From Vicugna vicugna (Eukaryota), in contig MU058636.1 of assembly GCA_013265495.1 (NCBI GenBank), positions 7,704,295 through 7,768,294 of the forward strand: DNA of 64,000 nucleotides, in the 5' to 3' direction. How positions within the stretch are numbered: position 1 is the first letter of the stretch; each line of letters opens with the position of its first letter. The translations under genes and the position numbers were made by a program. Shown piece after piece: positions 23,416 to 35,947 of this stretch. The notes below the pieces were generated by a model that did not search any database, was not told where the DNA came from, and was given only the letters and a program-made list of their open reading frames with translations.

Positions 23416-26400
23416 GTAATGACTGAGAAGTGCTGGGAAGGCTGCTTGTGAAGAAGGGCTGTCCTGTCATGGAGGGAGGTGGATTTCTCTCACGGTTTTA
23501 CCTACCAATTCCCCTTGAGTATTCTAACCCTGGAATCTAGACTACAGGGACATTGATTTTTTTTTTTTAAAGATCACTTTGTCTGGTTCCTTTTCCAGAT
23601 AGAAATACTGAATAATTTTCTCTGTCATTTTCCCAGCATCAAGGAAATAGGTCTAGGAACTGTTTAAGTATGTGTAAAGTCATTTAAGTTGTGGGCTAAA
23701 AGGAAATGTGAATGCCCCCAAATGAACTATGGAAGTGGGGCTCCCCCAGGTTGGAGTGGTATTCAGACTGATCTGGGCTGGGCCTAAAGCATTATGGATA
23801 ACCTTTGTTACATTAGTTGGCGATGGTGTTAGAATCAGGATTGGATCAGGCTAGAGCAGATTACTTCAAAATGCATGCTTTGAAAGTAGACTTCTCCCCA
23901 GGACTGACAAAGGACAGTTGGGCAAACAGATCACAGGCCATCTGATCTTAGTTGCTTGAGCTTAACTGATCATAGGTACCTCCCTTACCAGATTGGCAAC
24001 AAATTCAGACACTTAAAATGCAAATGAGGGGTTTGGATCCTTAAGAATGGATTTTGAAAAAAAAAATCTATTATGAAAGAAAAAAATAAAAAGAATGGGT
24101 TTTGAGATTAAAAAAAAGCTTCCTCAAGTCTGTTATTAGACAAGCCTCTCATAACCATGCCTTAAGCCTGTATGGTGCATCTGTAGTGGAGTGACGTTGG
24201 CAATAGTACCATGAAGTAGGTAGGCAGATATTCTTTCCATTTCATAAGTGAGATAATTTGAGACGTTTAAGAAAGCCACCCCCACCCCACCCCACCCCCC
24301 GCCGAAAAAAAAAAGTCATGATGGAGGCCAGATCAGAAGCTCCTCCTTATCTACTGACTGTTCAAGTCATCTGTGTTTTGGTGGCATCTGATTAGTGAGA
24401 GAAAAATACCCAAGGTAATCTGTTTCAAGCTTTGGAAAAAGTTGAGTAAAGATGGTTTTAAGAGACTTAATGTGCTTAGCAATGTTTACTTATTTAAACT
24501 TCAAGTCTAAAACCTCTTAAAATCGGCAGTTATGCCTATGCTGAGTGGGCTCACTTTAAATTCATAACCTTTAGTTAACACTCTTATGTTGCCTGGTGCT
24601 ACCTTTACACTCCTGTATATTCCTCTGCAAACTTCTTATAGAAATCTGTTTTATACTTTCCCTTTTCTCTCTATCCTCCACAGCCTCTATCTCCACCCTT
24701 ACTCTCAGCTAATGCCTTTATATCCTATTTTCCTAAAAACGTAGATGCAACCAGAAGAGAATGCCCACATGTCCCCATGTACCATAGACTCTGCCATCCC
24801 CTCCTGCTGCACAGCTGATGTGTCCCTGGCTCTTATGCGAGGTGAACCTCCCATGTGTGCAGCACACCTTATGCCCTCCTGCCTCTTCAAGGATATCATT
24901 CTAGCAACTTTTCTTTCTCTTTGTAGATTTCTCTCCTCTACTAGGTCAAACCCAGAAGCATGCAAATCTATTGTGGTAATTTTTTCAACCTTAAAAACCT
25001 TTCAACTACAAAGCTCCTTGCAGCAACTGTCCCATTTATAGCAATATTTCTTGAGCGTTTGTCTATCCTGCTAGACTATAAACTCCATCAGGATGAGAAT
25101 TTGGGATGTCAGGTTGTCTGCTGTGTTCCCAGTGTTTAGAACAGTGCCTAAACTTAGAAATACAAGTATTTGTTGAATGAATGCTCTTGTCATAATTCTT
25201 CTCTTATTCTCTTTGACTCAACTCTTAATCAGTTCCTTCCTTTCTTGACTGATTAGCAGCATTTGACGTTGTTGATCAGTCTTTATTGCCTGATAGTTTC
25301 CTCTCACTCAGCTTGGAGAACATGGCTCTCTGCTGGTTTTCCACTGAGCTCACTAGACATGCCTCCCCAGTATCTTGGCTCTTCCTTATCCAACCTCTAA
25401 AAGTTAGAGTGTGCCGGGGCTTAGTATCCAATCTGAATCTGCACTCCCTCCCTCCCTCAGCAATCGCTTCAAGTCTCCTGGCATCAAGTGCCATCCACCC
25501 GTTGATGACTCATTCTTTTACCTCTGGACCTCTCAGCTATGTTGCAGGCTCACAGAGTCAGCTGCCTTCTGGATGTCTCCACTCATATCGTACAGTAGGC
25601 ATCTCATAGTGCCGCAAAACCAAACACCAGCCCTGGCCTCACCCTGCTCTCCCCAAAGTCTTCCTCATCTCAGGAAATGGAATGTCCATCCTTCCTGTTA
25701 CTCAGCCCCCAAAACCTTTGTCAACCTTGACTCTTCTTTTTCTCCCAACCCCACATCTAATTTGCTGAAAAAATACGATTGGCTCTACTTATGAAAAAGT
25801 CTAGAATCTCATTTCTCATCCTTCCTGGTCTAAACCTCTGTTGTGTCTTACCCAGAATCCGCAAGTTGTATGACTGGTCATCTTACTCATCCTCCTTGCT
25901 CTCTGTACCCATACATGGCCGAGACGATCCTTGTAAAACATAGGTCAGATCATGCCACTCCTTTGCCCAGAACTCTGCAGTGGCCGCCCATCTCTGAATA
26001 GGAACAGTCCTTAGATGGCCTGTGGTAAGGCCCACATGCTATGGCTTCTTTTTTCTTTTTGATTTCGACTCCCTCTCTCGCTCTGCCCTGTCTGCTCCTT
26101 GCTGTCTCTGAGACACACTTCAACGTCAGAGTGTTCATCCACGCTGTTCCCTCTGCCCAGAATGCTCTTCCCCCTTCTGTCTGTGTGACTTACTCCTTAC
26201 CTTGTTCATATCTTTGCCCAACTCTGTCCTCTTCATGTTATTATTCAAAGCACTTATCACCGCCTGACTGACAGTATCTTTTCTTGTTTGTCCTCCCCAC
26301 CCCACCACCAAACTCCATGAGGGCAGTCCTTTTTGAACGTTTTATTCACTGCTAAATGGGGACCTAGAATAGTGTCTGGCACATAGAATATGTTCGGCAA

Positions 26401-29400
26401 ATCTTTGTTTAATGAATATATGTCTCAATCCACGTACATTTATATCTCTATGTAGCAAAAGTCAAACTTGGTAGTAATTTAGAGTCATAGTTATCTGGCT
26501 ATAATAACTTCTGATTTGGGCCCTTTATAGTCCCTGTGATTTTTTTCCCCCCAGTATTACATAAAGCACTTTTTGTTTACTAGACATTAGCTACATGTTT
26601 AACTTGCTAGATGGAAGGGAAAGTTGTGGAGCCGCATACTAACCTGGAAGTAGCCTCAACAGTAAACACCAAGATTAATTACAAACAAGAAAAGGTTAAT
26701 GCAGTAGCTCCACCCAGTATTTGCATAAATAGAATGCAGATTCATAAAGCCTGCCCACCTGTCCTGGCCCGGCTGACCTTCAGGCCATCCAACATGATTC
26801 ACCTTAATGGGCAATGGCGTTTGATTCATTCCCATTGTTCCCATTGTTAATGCCACAGGAACCAGGGAGAAGCAACTGAGGGTTAGGTTTCCCTAAGGGT
26901 GATTACATTATGTCATGTAATAAGATTCTCTGGCTTGTGAGAGAATTTAGTAGTACACATTTCTAAAATCATCACGTTTCTAAATAACTGGGTATAAAAG
27001 GGAACTTTACAGGGGCTTGTTGACCAAAAGTTTACTATTTAAGGAGGACTGTAGGAACTCTGTAAGATGTGTTAGGAACCACGCTGGGTTGGTATAAAAG
27101 TGTGTAATGCTATAAGCGCGACAGCCGATTCCACAGTCCCCCCCACGTGTGGTACCTATCTCACTCTGGAAGTCAGCTCTTAGCTTTTCTTTTTTTTCTA
27201 TCATCTTGAGTTTTCTTTGATAAATATGTGAGGAGGATGACAAATTTTAGGTAGCTCTTTTCCCAAATGTCAAATGTAGACAAAGATAAGGGAGAAGTCA
27301 TTTTGGGGAAGCTTCATTTTCTGAAATTAAACTACAGACATAGATATTTCAGTGTAAGATTCTGCTCGTCTTCCCATCCTGCTGGTTTGAAATCACAGGG
27401 GATTTCTTAGCACCTATGTGGTCTACAGGGTGGCATCTAACAAAAAAAAGTAACCCTTTTCTAGGGGCTCACAACACTCAAGTGTTTCTCTGGATCAGAA
27501 AATGTCTGGCCTCCAGCTGGAAAGACAGCGCTCTCCGACCATGGAGTTCACGTGCCCGCCAAGCAAGGGCTTGACATCTACATGGATGAGCCTGAGCAGG
27601 GGGACAGAGACAGCTGCGTGGGGCAAGAGGGGATGGCGTTTGAGGAGCCCTACGAAGTAGACACCAGCACGCTCAAGTCAGACCTTCACTTCCTGCTGGA
27701 TTTTAACACAGGTGATCTGACTCATGTAGGGTTGAGGGTCCCCTGTGTTCATAATCACCCGCAGTGTCCTCTAGCATATAACTAGCAAGAGAAAACCATG
27801 AAGTAATAAATGATTTTCACAACTGCCTGCGTGGAGGGTTAGTGGATGGAACCTGTGTTTACAAGTTAAATGTCTTAACCCGATAATGTTAACTCTCCTG
27901 CAGTTTCCCCTATGCTGGTGGATTCATCTCTCCACCCGCAGCCTGAAGATGCATCAGATTTTGGTACAGATGTGATAAATGTGACTGAATATGCTGAAGA
28001 AATTCATCAGTACCTTAGAGAAGCCGAAGTGAGTTTTCCTAACTTCCCCGATTTCCAGCACCCCAAGCACTTCCTGTTAAGACAGTTATAAGCTCTTGGC
28101 CACAACCATTAGTGAATGGCATTCTTGTGACATCCAAACCTAAGAATGCTGTGAAAATCGTGAGGTGAGTAGCAAGTAGATCCTATCTCTGTGACCCGGA
28201 GGGTCTGTATATTAAGAATTTCACTCTCGGGAATGGCCATCATTGCCACTTTCCACCTCCTTTAAGTTATTTATTAACTAATTGCATTACACAGAGCCAG
28301 GATTTCACGATTTCTTCCATGCCACGGTAAAGATTTCTTTGGCAATGAGCTTTTTCAAAACAGCAGCTGTACTGTGGAGCGATCTTTCTAACAAAGCAAC
28401 TATTTAAACGTGAAAACTCTTTCCCCTAACAGGTAAGACACAGGCCCAAGGCGCACTACATGAAGAAGCAGCCAGACATCACGGAAGGCATGCGCACGAT
28501 TCTGGTGGACTGGCTGGTGGAGGTGGGCGAGGAGTACAAACTCCGGGCGGAGACCCTCTACCTGGCCGTCAACTTCCTGGACAGGTTCCTGTCGTGCATG
28601 TCTGTTCTGAGAGGGAAACTGCAGCTCGTAGGAACGGCAGCTATTCTGCTGGCTTCGTAAGTGTTCTGCAGCTTGAATAATGAGGGACTTTCAGCCTGTC
28701 TACACACTTGATTTCCGTTCCCATTTATTGAAGAAACGCAGTGCTTGACAATGAAAGCTTGTGCATGCCTCCTTTGAGAAAATATCATTTTTACGATATT
28801 TACTGAGAAGCTGAATCTTACCATGTGTTCACTCTTCAATTGAGATGTTTAAGATCCTCTTAACAGCAAGTCCCATATCATAAGGAAGGCAGCCCTCGGC
28901 TCCAGTTAAGGATCTAATGTAACTGTTTTGTGGTGTAGTCTTTTACTTGTATTCTATTGTGAGTAAAAATTCCTATTTAAAGAGACTTCAGTTATAGAAA
29001 AGCCTGCTTCCTGATCTAGTGAGTGACCCATAATAACCCAGTTTATTTGGTCACAGTGAATAAACTAGTCTAGCTGGTTCCTGTTACTATCAGTCATTCA
29101 TAACGATACCTAATTATGTAGAAAAGGGCTGGTTGTGGCTAAGCTTCTTTTGAATAAGTGACCTGCTGGTGAGTAGTGGTATTTTTTCTGTTCTCGTCTG
29201 AGACGTTATACGTATTAATGCCAAAAAATTTGCAAAAATTTCTCTACAGAAAGGAGAAGCAAAAGCAAAAGCAAAGAATTGGTAACAGTGAAGTTGTCCC
29301 AGTATCTTTCTCTTGGATATAGAGCATCTCTTGATAATTCAATAGAGAAAGCTGAACTTGATCTTTTTTTAAAAATACCTAAGACCTAAGGCATTTTTTT

Positions 29401-32400
29401 CTACCACTGTGTTCAACATAACATTCTTTCCCACAAGATGAAGTCTATAGACATAGGAGGAATTTACCTGTATGTCTGCCATTGTGAATCTTTCAGCATA
29501 TCAGAGGCCCAAACCTAAAATTCTCAGTCTGAAATTGCTCCTTTACTAGTCCTAGCAGTGAGTATGACGTATCCTTGTAATACGCATGCTCTCATTCTGG
29601 AAACCAGCTCCTAATATTTTCACAGCCCTGTACCATTTAGCCATTTGTTAAGTGACATTTAAGTCTCCAAGGACCAGGTGACAGGCATGGTTGTGAGCAC
29701 CCAAGAAGGAGAGCCACAGGGTCCAAGCTTCACTTCCCCCAACCCTTTCCCTTTCACAGGAAATATGAAGAAATATACCCACCAGAAGTAGACGAGTTTG
29801 TCTACATAACCGATGACACTTACACAAAACGACAACTGCTGAGAATGGAACACCTGCTCCTGAAGGTCCTGGCTTTTGATCTGACGGTGCCAACCACCAA
29901 CCAGTTTCTCCTTCAGTACTTACGGAGGCAGGGAGTGTGCGTCAGGACTGAGAACCTGGCCAAGGTATGGCATGGGACTTCCAAGAACTCTGGTGCCAAG
30001 TTGGGCAAAAAAACCAGCCTCCTTCAGTTTCTGCCTTTCTTTTCAGTCCTTTGCCTTGGGCCCAGAAAAGCCTTTTAGCAATTGAAAGAGAGCTAACATT
30101 AAGAATGTGACTATTGATTGTGTTTGGCAGACATGGGTTGCCTAATCACAACTCTTAAAGAAATGTCAGGTTAGAAACTGTTCTCTTGTTGTATACAGAC
30201 CACATGCAAGCACACACTACCCTTGGGTTTGTAGAATGGGAACAAAATAAATATGGTTTGATCTAGTTCTAATCTCATCCTAACATGTTAAATAATAAAG
30301 CACTATTTGGTTATAGAACTTTAGTTAAGGTACCATAAGAATTGGTTTGGAAAACGAGGTTTCCATTTATAATGATCTAATATATCTGGTGTTTCTATGC
30401 TACGCAAAGAGCAATAAGGATGTCTGTATAGATCTCCCAATGCGTGTCTTTTACTCTGATAAATTCCCACTGGTACTGTTCTAGTCTCTGAACTACATGC
30501 ATTTGCCTGATAAATCGACAGCTTTAATGTGGACATATTTTTGCCTTTGGCTGAAGGCTCTAGTCCACTTCGGTGGCCAGAGCGATGCTACTTGACCAGC
30601 ATAAACCTGCACTACTCATGTAAGTCACCCATCACATATACTGTTTGGTCAGCCAAATACTTGTGTATTGCAATTTATTACAACATAAATGTTATTCCGG
30701 TTATGGACAGGCATGGCAATCATTCACCCAGCGAATAATTTTGGGCATCTGTTTCTGTGCTCATCACTAAATGTAGGTTGAACAAAGATGACACAGTTTG
30801 TTCCCTTGACATTTCCAGGTTTACTTGTGACCTTAGTCAGGTTCCTAATTCCAATGAGATTTTTCTCTCTTGTGCTTAGTACGTAGCAGAACTGAGTCTC
30901 CTTGAAGCTGACCCGTTCTTGAAATATCTTCCTTCACTGATAGCTGCAGCCGCTTACTGCCTGGCAAACTATACTGTGAACAGGCACTTCTGGGTAAGAT
31001 TCTAATGACTTTCTTCTAGGTGAACTGCAAAGACTATCTCAAGTCTGTTCATTAATGCGCAAGGCTTTGAATGGGCTGGCCTCTTACGAGCAAGGCTTAG
31101 TTCAATAGGGAACTGGGTGTCTTGCCAGCATACTACACCATGCTGCTGAGTGTTGCGGGGCCCTCTTCATGGCTTTGACCCAGTGGCTTAGCCCCAGGGG
31201 GAGGAGAAGTTGCCAGAAAGTCAGGGAGATGGTGGTAGAGATGGTGGTCACTCACTCAACAAAAGCAGGCCTGGAAACCTCAACACCCACCCTCACGCAA
31301 GGAGGGCCTCTAGTATAAGCGTCGACCGCTTCGAGACAAAGATGTGGACTTTTCCTCTCAGTGTAAAAAAAAAAATCTGGATCCAAGTAGGATGGTCAAA
31401 AGGTTGTATCAGTCTTTCAAGGGAACAGGGCAGTTCGCATTGCTTTGTGGCCTGTGACGGTTAGCAAGATGGAAAATGGACCCCCAAGATTTGGTTCTGG
31501 AGGCTCACTTTTCATGCTAAAAGAGTGGAGCATCACCCACTTTTGTTTTCTAGGGTTCTTATTTCTTATACTGCTTTTGGCGAAGAATCTTTCCTAGTCT
31601 ATGTAAATAGAATGTTCAGGTAAGTAGAGGCTCTCTAGGGGCCAGTAAAAATCCTGCTCATGAGAGAACAGATTAAGTAAACAGTCCCCAAGCTGAGCAT
31701 TAAATTGTACAATATGAGCAAATTTAGAACTCTGACTGTTCTTCCTAATATCTTATTTCTAAAGTCTCTGAAGGAGGATTATGGTTTCTTTTGGGATGAA
31801 TATGGATACTTACTAAGTGATTCATGTCCTTTATTTCACAGTTTTCAGATTTTTGCTACCTTGTAAAGATACATGATGCAGTTTTCTTCTTTTGTCTTTC
31901 GTCCTGATTAGCCAGAAACCCTTGCTGCGTTTACAGGCTATTCATTAAGTGAAATTGTGCCCTGCCTGAGTGAGCTACATAAAGCGTGCCTCGTTATACC
32001 CCACCGGCCCCAGCAAGCAATCAGGGAGAAGTATAAGACTTCAAAGTAAGTTCCTGAAATTGTCCTGTCCACGGTCACTATTTAAAGCTTGAATAGGGTA
32101 TAGTAATTTCAGAATTAAAAACTAGAACAGGTTGTCCTGATTTGTACCTGATGCTAAGCTGGAAACGTAGGGTTGCATGTCAAAACAAGAAGATCAGTCT
32201 GGAGGGGCCTAGAGTTACAGTTTGTCGGCCTGCAGTACATATAGTCAGCCAGGTCCTTCCTTTCTCGTAAAACTGCTAGAAAGATTTCTGCGGCCTAAGT
32301 GACATTTTAAGACACCGAAGTCTTTGGCTGGTGCTGAACTTGCCTTGGGTCTCATTTCAGGCACCTGCACGTGTCCCTCATGGAGCCACCCGCAGTCCTC

Positions 32401-32412
32401 CCTCTGCAGTAA
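23251..32412 (+). CDS. CCNA1: Cyclin A1, complete spliced CDS: join(23251..23415,27465..27711,27904..28028,28433..28656,29760..29964,30880..30993,31912..32045,32361..32412); 421 aa
   Basis: Exon lengths 165+247+125+224+205+114+134+52=1266 nt; all introns GT..AG with matching phases. Translation runs MHLSSSKSG...[10 protein letters not shown] (D-box)...[18 protein letters not shown] (cyclin box)...KYEEIYPP...[13 protein letters not shown]. The N- and C-termini are A1-type rather than A2-type. Confidence 0.97.
24690..26417 (+). mobile_element. LINE-2 fragments in CCNA1 intron 2
   Basis: Two L2 3' ends (aagtatttgttgaatgaatg ~25180; ctggcacatag...atctttgtttaatgaat ~26415) and internal L2 motifs (gtcagatcatgccactcc; gctgttccctctgcccagaatgctcttccc). 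Confidence 0.8.
27465..27711 (+). CDS. CCNA1: CCNA1 exon 3
   Basis: ttttctag|GGG CTC ACA...; [20 protein letters not shown]...GLDIYMDE...[10 protein letters not shown]; donor ACAG|gtgatc (phase 1); 247 nt. Confidence 0.95.
27904..28028 (+). CDS. CCNA1: CCNA1 exon 4
   Basis: ctcctgcag|TT TCC CCT ATG; (V)SPMLVDSS...[17 protein letters not shown]; donor GAA|gtgagt; 125 nt. Confidence 0.96.
28433..28656 (+). CDS. CCNA1: CCNA1 exon 5 (cyclin box start, MRTIL hydrophobic patch)
   Basis: cctaacag|[84 protein letters not shown]; donor TC|gtaagt; 224 nt. Confidence 0.97.
29760..29964 (+). CDS. CCNA1: CCNA1 exon 6
   Basis: ctttcacag|[78 protein letters not shown]; donor AAG|gtatgg; 205 nt. Confidence 0.97.
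30880..30993 (+). CDS. CCNA1: CCNA1 exon 7
   Basis: gtgcttag|[47 protein letters not shown]; donor TGG|gtaaga; 114 nt. Confidence 0.97.
31912..32045 (+). CDS. CCNA1: CCNA1 exon 8
   Basis: gtcctgattag|[53 protein letters not shown](K); donor AA|gtaagt; 134 nt. Confidence 0.96.
32361..32412 (+). CDS. CCNA1: CCNA1 exon 9 coding part (stop)
   Basis: ctcatttcag|G CAC CTG CAC GTG TCC CTC ATG GAG CCA CCC GCA GTC CTC CCT CTG CAG TAA = (K)[16 protein letters not shown]. Confidence 0.95.
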
Positions 32413-32604
32413 GTTCTAGAACTGAAGCACTTTCGGAACTTCACCTCTGGATCAACACAACTGGTCTTAATTTACACAGGTTTCTGCAGGTTGGGTCAAC
32501 TAGTGTTGCTATGACATAGATGACATGTATTTTTTTTAAATGTAAATGTATTTAGGTTCCCTTAGACGTTAGTAGCTTGTAATATAGTCTGACAGTGTCT
32601 AAAG

Positions 32605-32610
32605 AATAAA
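32605..32610 (+). terminator. CCNA1 polyadenylation signal
   Basis: AATAAA ~190 nt after the stop codon, followed by GT/T-rich sequence (cttgtcttctgaccatgtgtgattt). Confidence 0.85.
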
Positions 32611-33984
32611 CAGCTTGTCTTCTGACCATGTGTGATTTACTGATTACCACGGCTGGCATACTTGTCTGGAATTTTAGTTGAGAGTAATTATAAATGTCAC
32701 CTCTATTTCAAGAATTCGTCTAAGTTGTTTTTGTAAATCTGGCACACTGTTAGGATTACATAGAGGAATCCAGAGATTTCTCATGCTTGGTAAACGGCTA
32801 CCTGGACGCTTTTTCCTTCCTGTCTCTTACTACTCATATAGCTCTCTGTAGACTGGGAAGGGCAGAACTCCAAGCCTAGACAGAGTAGAGAAGGGATGGA
32901 AGCAAGTACTGTCTATTCTAGCTACCCTGTTGGGCCCTGGGGAGTAAAGGCAGTGGGGTTGAGGACTAACTGTGGTCAAGTGCCCCTGAGGGGTAATCTA
33001 CATTTAATCCTAAATCAGGGATGTGATGCTCATTTGGTAAAGGGACACCATCATGTCAGCGTTCAGTGTTGATCTAGTTACCCACCAAGCATATATTTCG
33101 GCCTTAGAAAATGCTCAGAGAAGTAGAAAAAGAAAATTTTACCATAGGATGGAACTTCAGAATAATTAAACTAACCCCTCATGTTTGTCCGTTGGGAGAT
33201 ATCTGTGCTAAACGCAGCCCAAGCTCAAATTATTCATGATCCTACAGTTCAAATCACTACACATTCCCACATGGCCCCTTTCAGCAGCACTTAAAGAGTA
33301 TACAAGAGGAGGAAAACTGAAACAAACACATGCTTGTCTGTAACTTTCTTTCAAAGATTAGAAGGAAAATCAAGAGCCGACTTGGCCTTGAGGGAGAGTG
33401 GTGCTCATTTGGTACTGAACAGAAATTTTGTTCAGCAAAGATCAGCAGCCCTGGTCCAGGAGCCCTGGAGGGACACAAGCCTTGTGGCCAGGTGTGGCCA
33501 GGTTTGTCCTGCCTCCGGGCCTGCCCCGGGGTTGGGGCGAGAACCACAGATTTTCTTTACATAGAATAGATTATACCCAGGTAGGTTTTGGTAAAACGGG
33601 ATTAGATGAAATTAACTCCAAATTTTAGGTTGGTTTCAAGCTCTAATGGAATTATCAATATAAAAATACAGCCCTATTTTACATATTTTGTGAAGAATTT
33701 TTTTGAAAGTTCCCAAAAGCTCTTAAAGAATTTTGGCATTGCCTTTTTTTTTCTCCCTGCATTCTCAAGGTAAGCATTCTCAAGGTATCTCCATTTCTGG
33801 TTCCATTAAAGGAGTTAGCATTTCCTTAAGTGTTTTGTGATTTATTGCATAAGTTTCACCAAGAGGAAAGGGGACACAGGACCCATATCAATACTGAATC
33901 TTCTGTTTTTGTTACGCAATTAGCAATTTGTAATCTCACATCCTCACTTATGGCTGGGTGTGTTTCTGTTCACTGAGTGTGTAT

Positions 33985-34006
33985 ACACACACACACACAC
34001 ACACAC
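33985..34006 (+). repeat. (AC)n microsatellite
   Basis: About 11 AC units. Confidence 0.9.
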
Positions 34007-34959
34007 TTTCTCCTTTTGCACTTGGCAATGTAACAAACGTGCTGTGTAGTCACCATAAAATTGCCCTCCCCTCCAGAGGCCAGTGGGAGAGGGTAATTCT
34101 GCCTAAGACTTTGGGGGTAGAAATGCTGTTTGTCTCAAGCTTTAAGGATGTGAAGGACTTGGCCACGGAAGCTTCCTCTCATCCTCTGCCAGTTGGTTAA
34201 CCTCCCTCCTGTGAAACCTGCCTGTCTCAAACTGCAACAGTCTTAAACTTGAGGCTGTTCGAGCAGGAGCAGGAAGTTTGAAGGTTGGCCACGAACTGCA
34301 TTCTCTACTGAGAAGGGCACAATTTTAGGATTAAGAAGGACCACAGAAAGGGGTGGTGTGGATTTAGGCATCTAAAATAATGGAATAGTATCTCATTTCA
34401 GCCTTATTTCTGCCCCTACCCCTAAAAGCAAAGAGCCAGGGAAGGGGGAAGACTGATGTATCTGTTGGGAATGGACCATTTGATGTGGCAGTTGTGACAT
34501 TTAGGGCAAGAGAAGGGCTGGGGAAGGTGCATAATGTTGAGAGGAGACGTCAAACCAGGATGTCTCACAGACTCAAAACAGGGTGGGGTATTTCCCTGAT
34601 GCCTGGATCCATCCCTGTCCTCACGATCCCGCTTCCATGGCCTTGGCTTAGCCCCCGTCATTTCTCATCTGTATCAATCACTATGGCAACCTCCCAACGG
34701 CTCTTCAGTTTCCTCTTCCCTGTTTCCAGGGTTTCCTGAAACAAAGTGGATGATGTCTCTTTCCTGCAACTAATTCTTCAATGCCACATCACCACTGGGA
34801 TCAAATAGGGGGCATGCAGCCCCCTGCATGGGCAGACCCTTGTCCACCCAGAACCAGCAGCTTCTGCCTTTCCTGCTGAGTCACTTCTAGATCCTGCTGG
34901 GTCTTGTTCTCCCTCCGTTCATTCCCTCCCCACCTGCTGCTTTCTTTCTAAAGACATTT

Positions 34960-35194
34960 CCCACATTCCTACAGCACAGGCGATTCTGCAGATCTAATCT
35001 TTGGCTTCAGCTCCCCATCAGCCTCAGGGAAAGGGTCTCTCACTACTGGCTGCTACCTGTCGGTCTCCCCTCCTGGAGTACACGCCCCTCCAGCATCTCC
35101 CCCGCCCTTGTATTTCACAGGCAGTTTCCCCAGTAAATCTCTTGCACATCTAGGCCTGTCTGGATGTCTGTTTGGGGGAGGCGCAAACTCACAC
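34960..35194 (+). mobile_element. Ancient ERVL (LTR16-like) LTR fragment
   Basis: 3' end ccccagtaaatctcttgcacatc...tgtctgtttgggggaggcgcaaactcacaca resembles LTR16-family termini. Confidence 0.5.
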
Positions 35195-35947
35195 AGAAGT
35201 CTTTAAAACCCTAAGAGGTGGGGATAAACAGCGTTTCCCAAATGTACTTGACTAAACATTCTTTACACAAACCTGTCAGTATTTAAAAGGGCACTCATGT
35301 TTTAAGGAACACAGATCAGAATGCTCTATGGAAAAAGGATTAATTAATAACTACCTAAACTGACCGACATTTTAATTTCTACGCTATTTATTATTTGATT
35401 TGTACAGATATGTTTAAATTATCTGTTAGTATATTTTGTATCATTCTTTCAGAGTCTTATCCAATTATTTCAGTATTCTGAACTTAAAGAATCCTTGGGG
35501 TAATATCAAGGAAGATTCTTCACTGCTTAGATGCAACTGACATTATAGCTATTGCCCTGGTACCCAGGCAGGGGGACGAGGGGGCAACCCAGGCAAGTAA
35601 CAGCTTTCTTCCTTGTGTCCCCTGGGGGGAACCTGTTGAATGCTGTTAATGCAAATCACCAAGATACTGACCGACTCTATATTAAATATTGACACAAGAG
35701 AGATTTCTGGAATACTTAAAAATGCCTGACATGTTATTAGGCATTTAGTGATTTTATTGTATGGTCACATTCAGGAGAAACTCAAGTTCTCATTACTAAC
35801 GTCTGACAGTACAGAACGCTAAAAATTTGTAACTCCCTGTGCTGGTTTTTTGAAAGGAATTGAGCCCCCCAAGTAAATATAAATATTGTCTGCAGGAGAA
35901 TCCTTCAGGTGTTGTGTTTTGAAAATTATGCAAAGATTCTTAGAATT

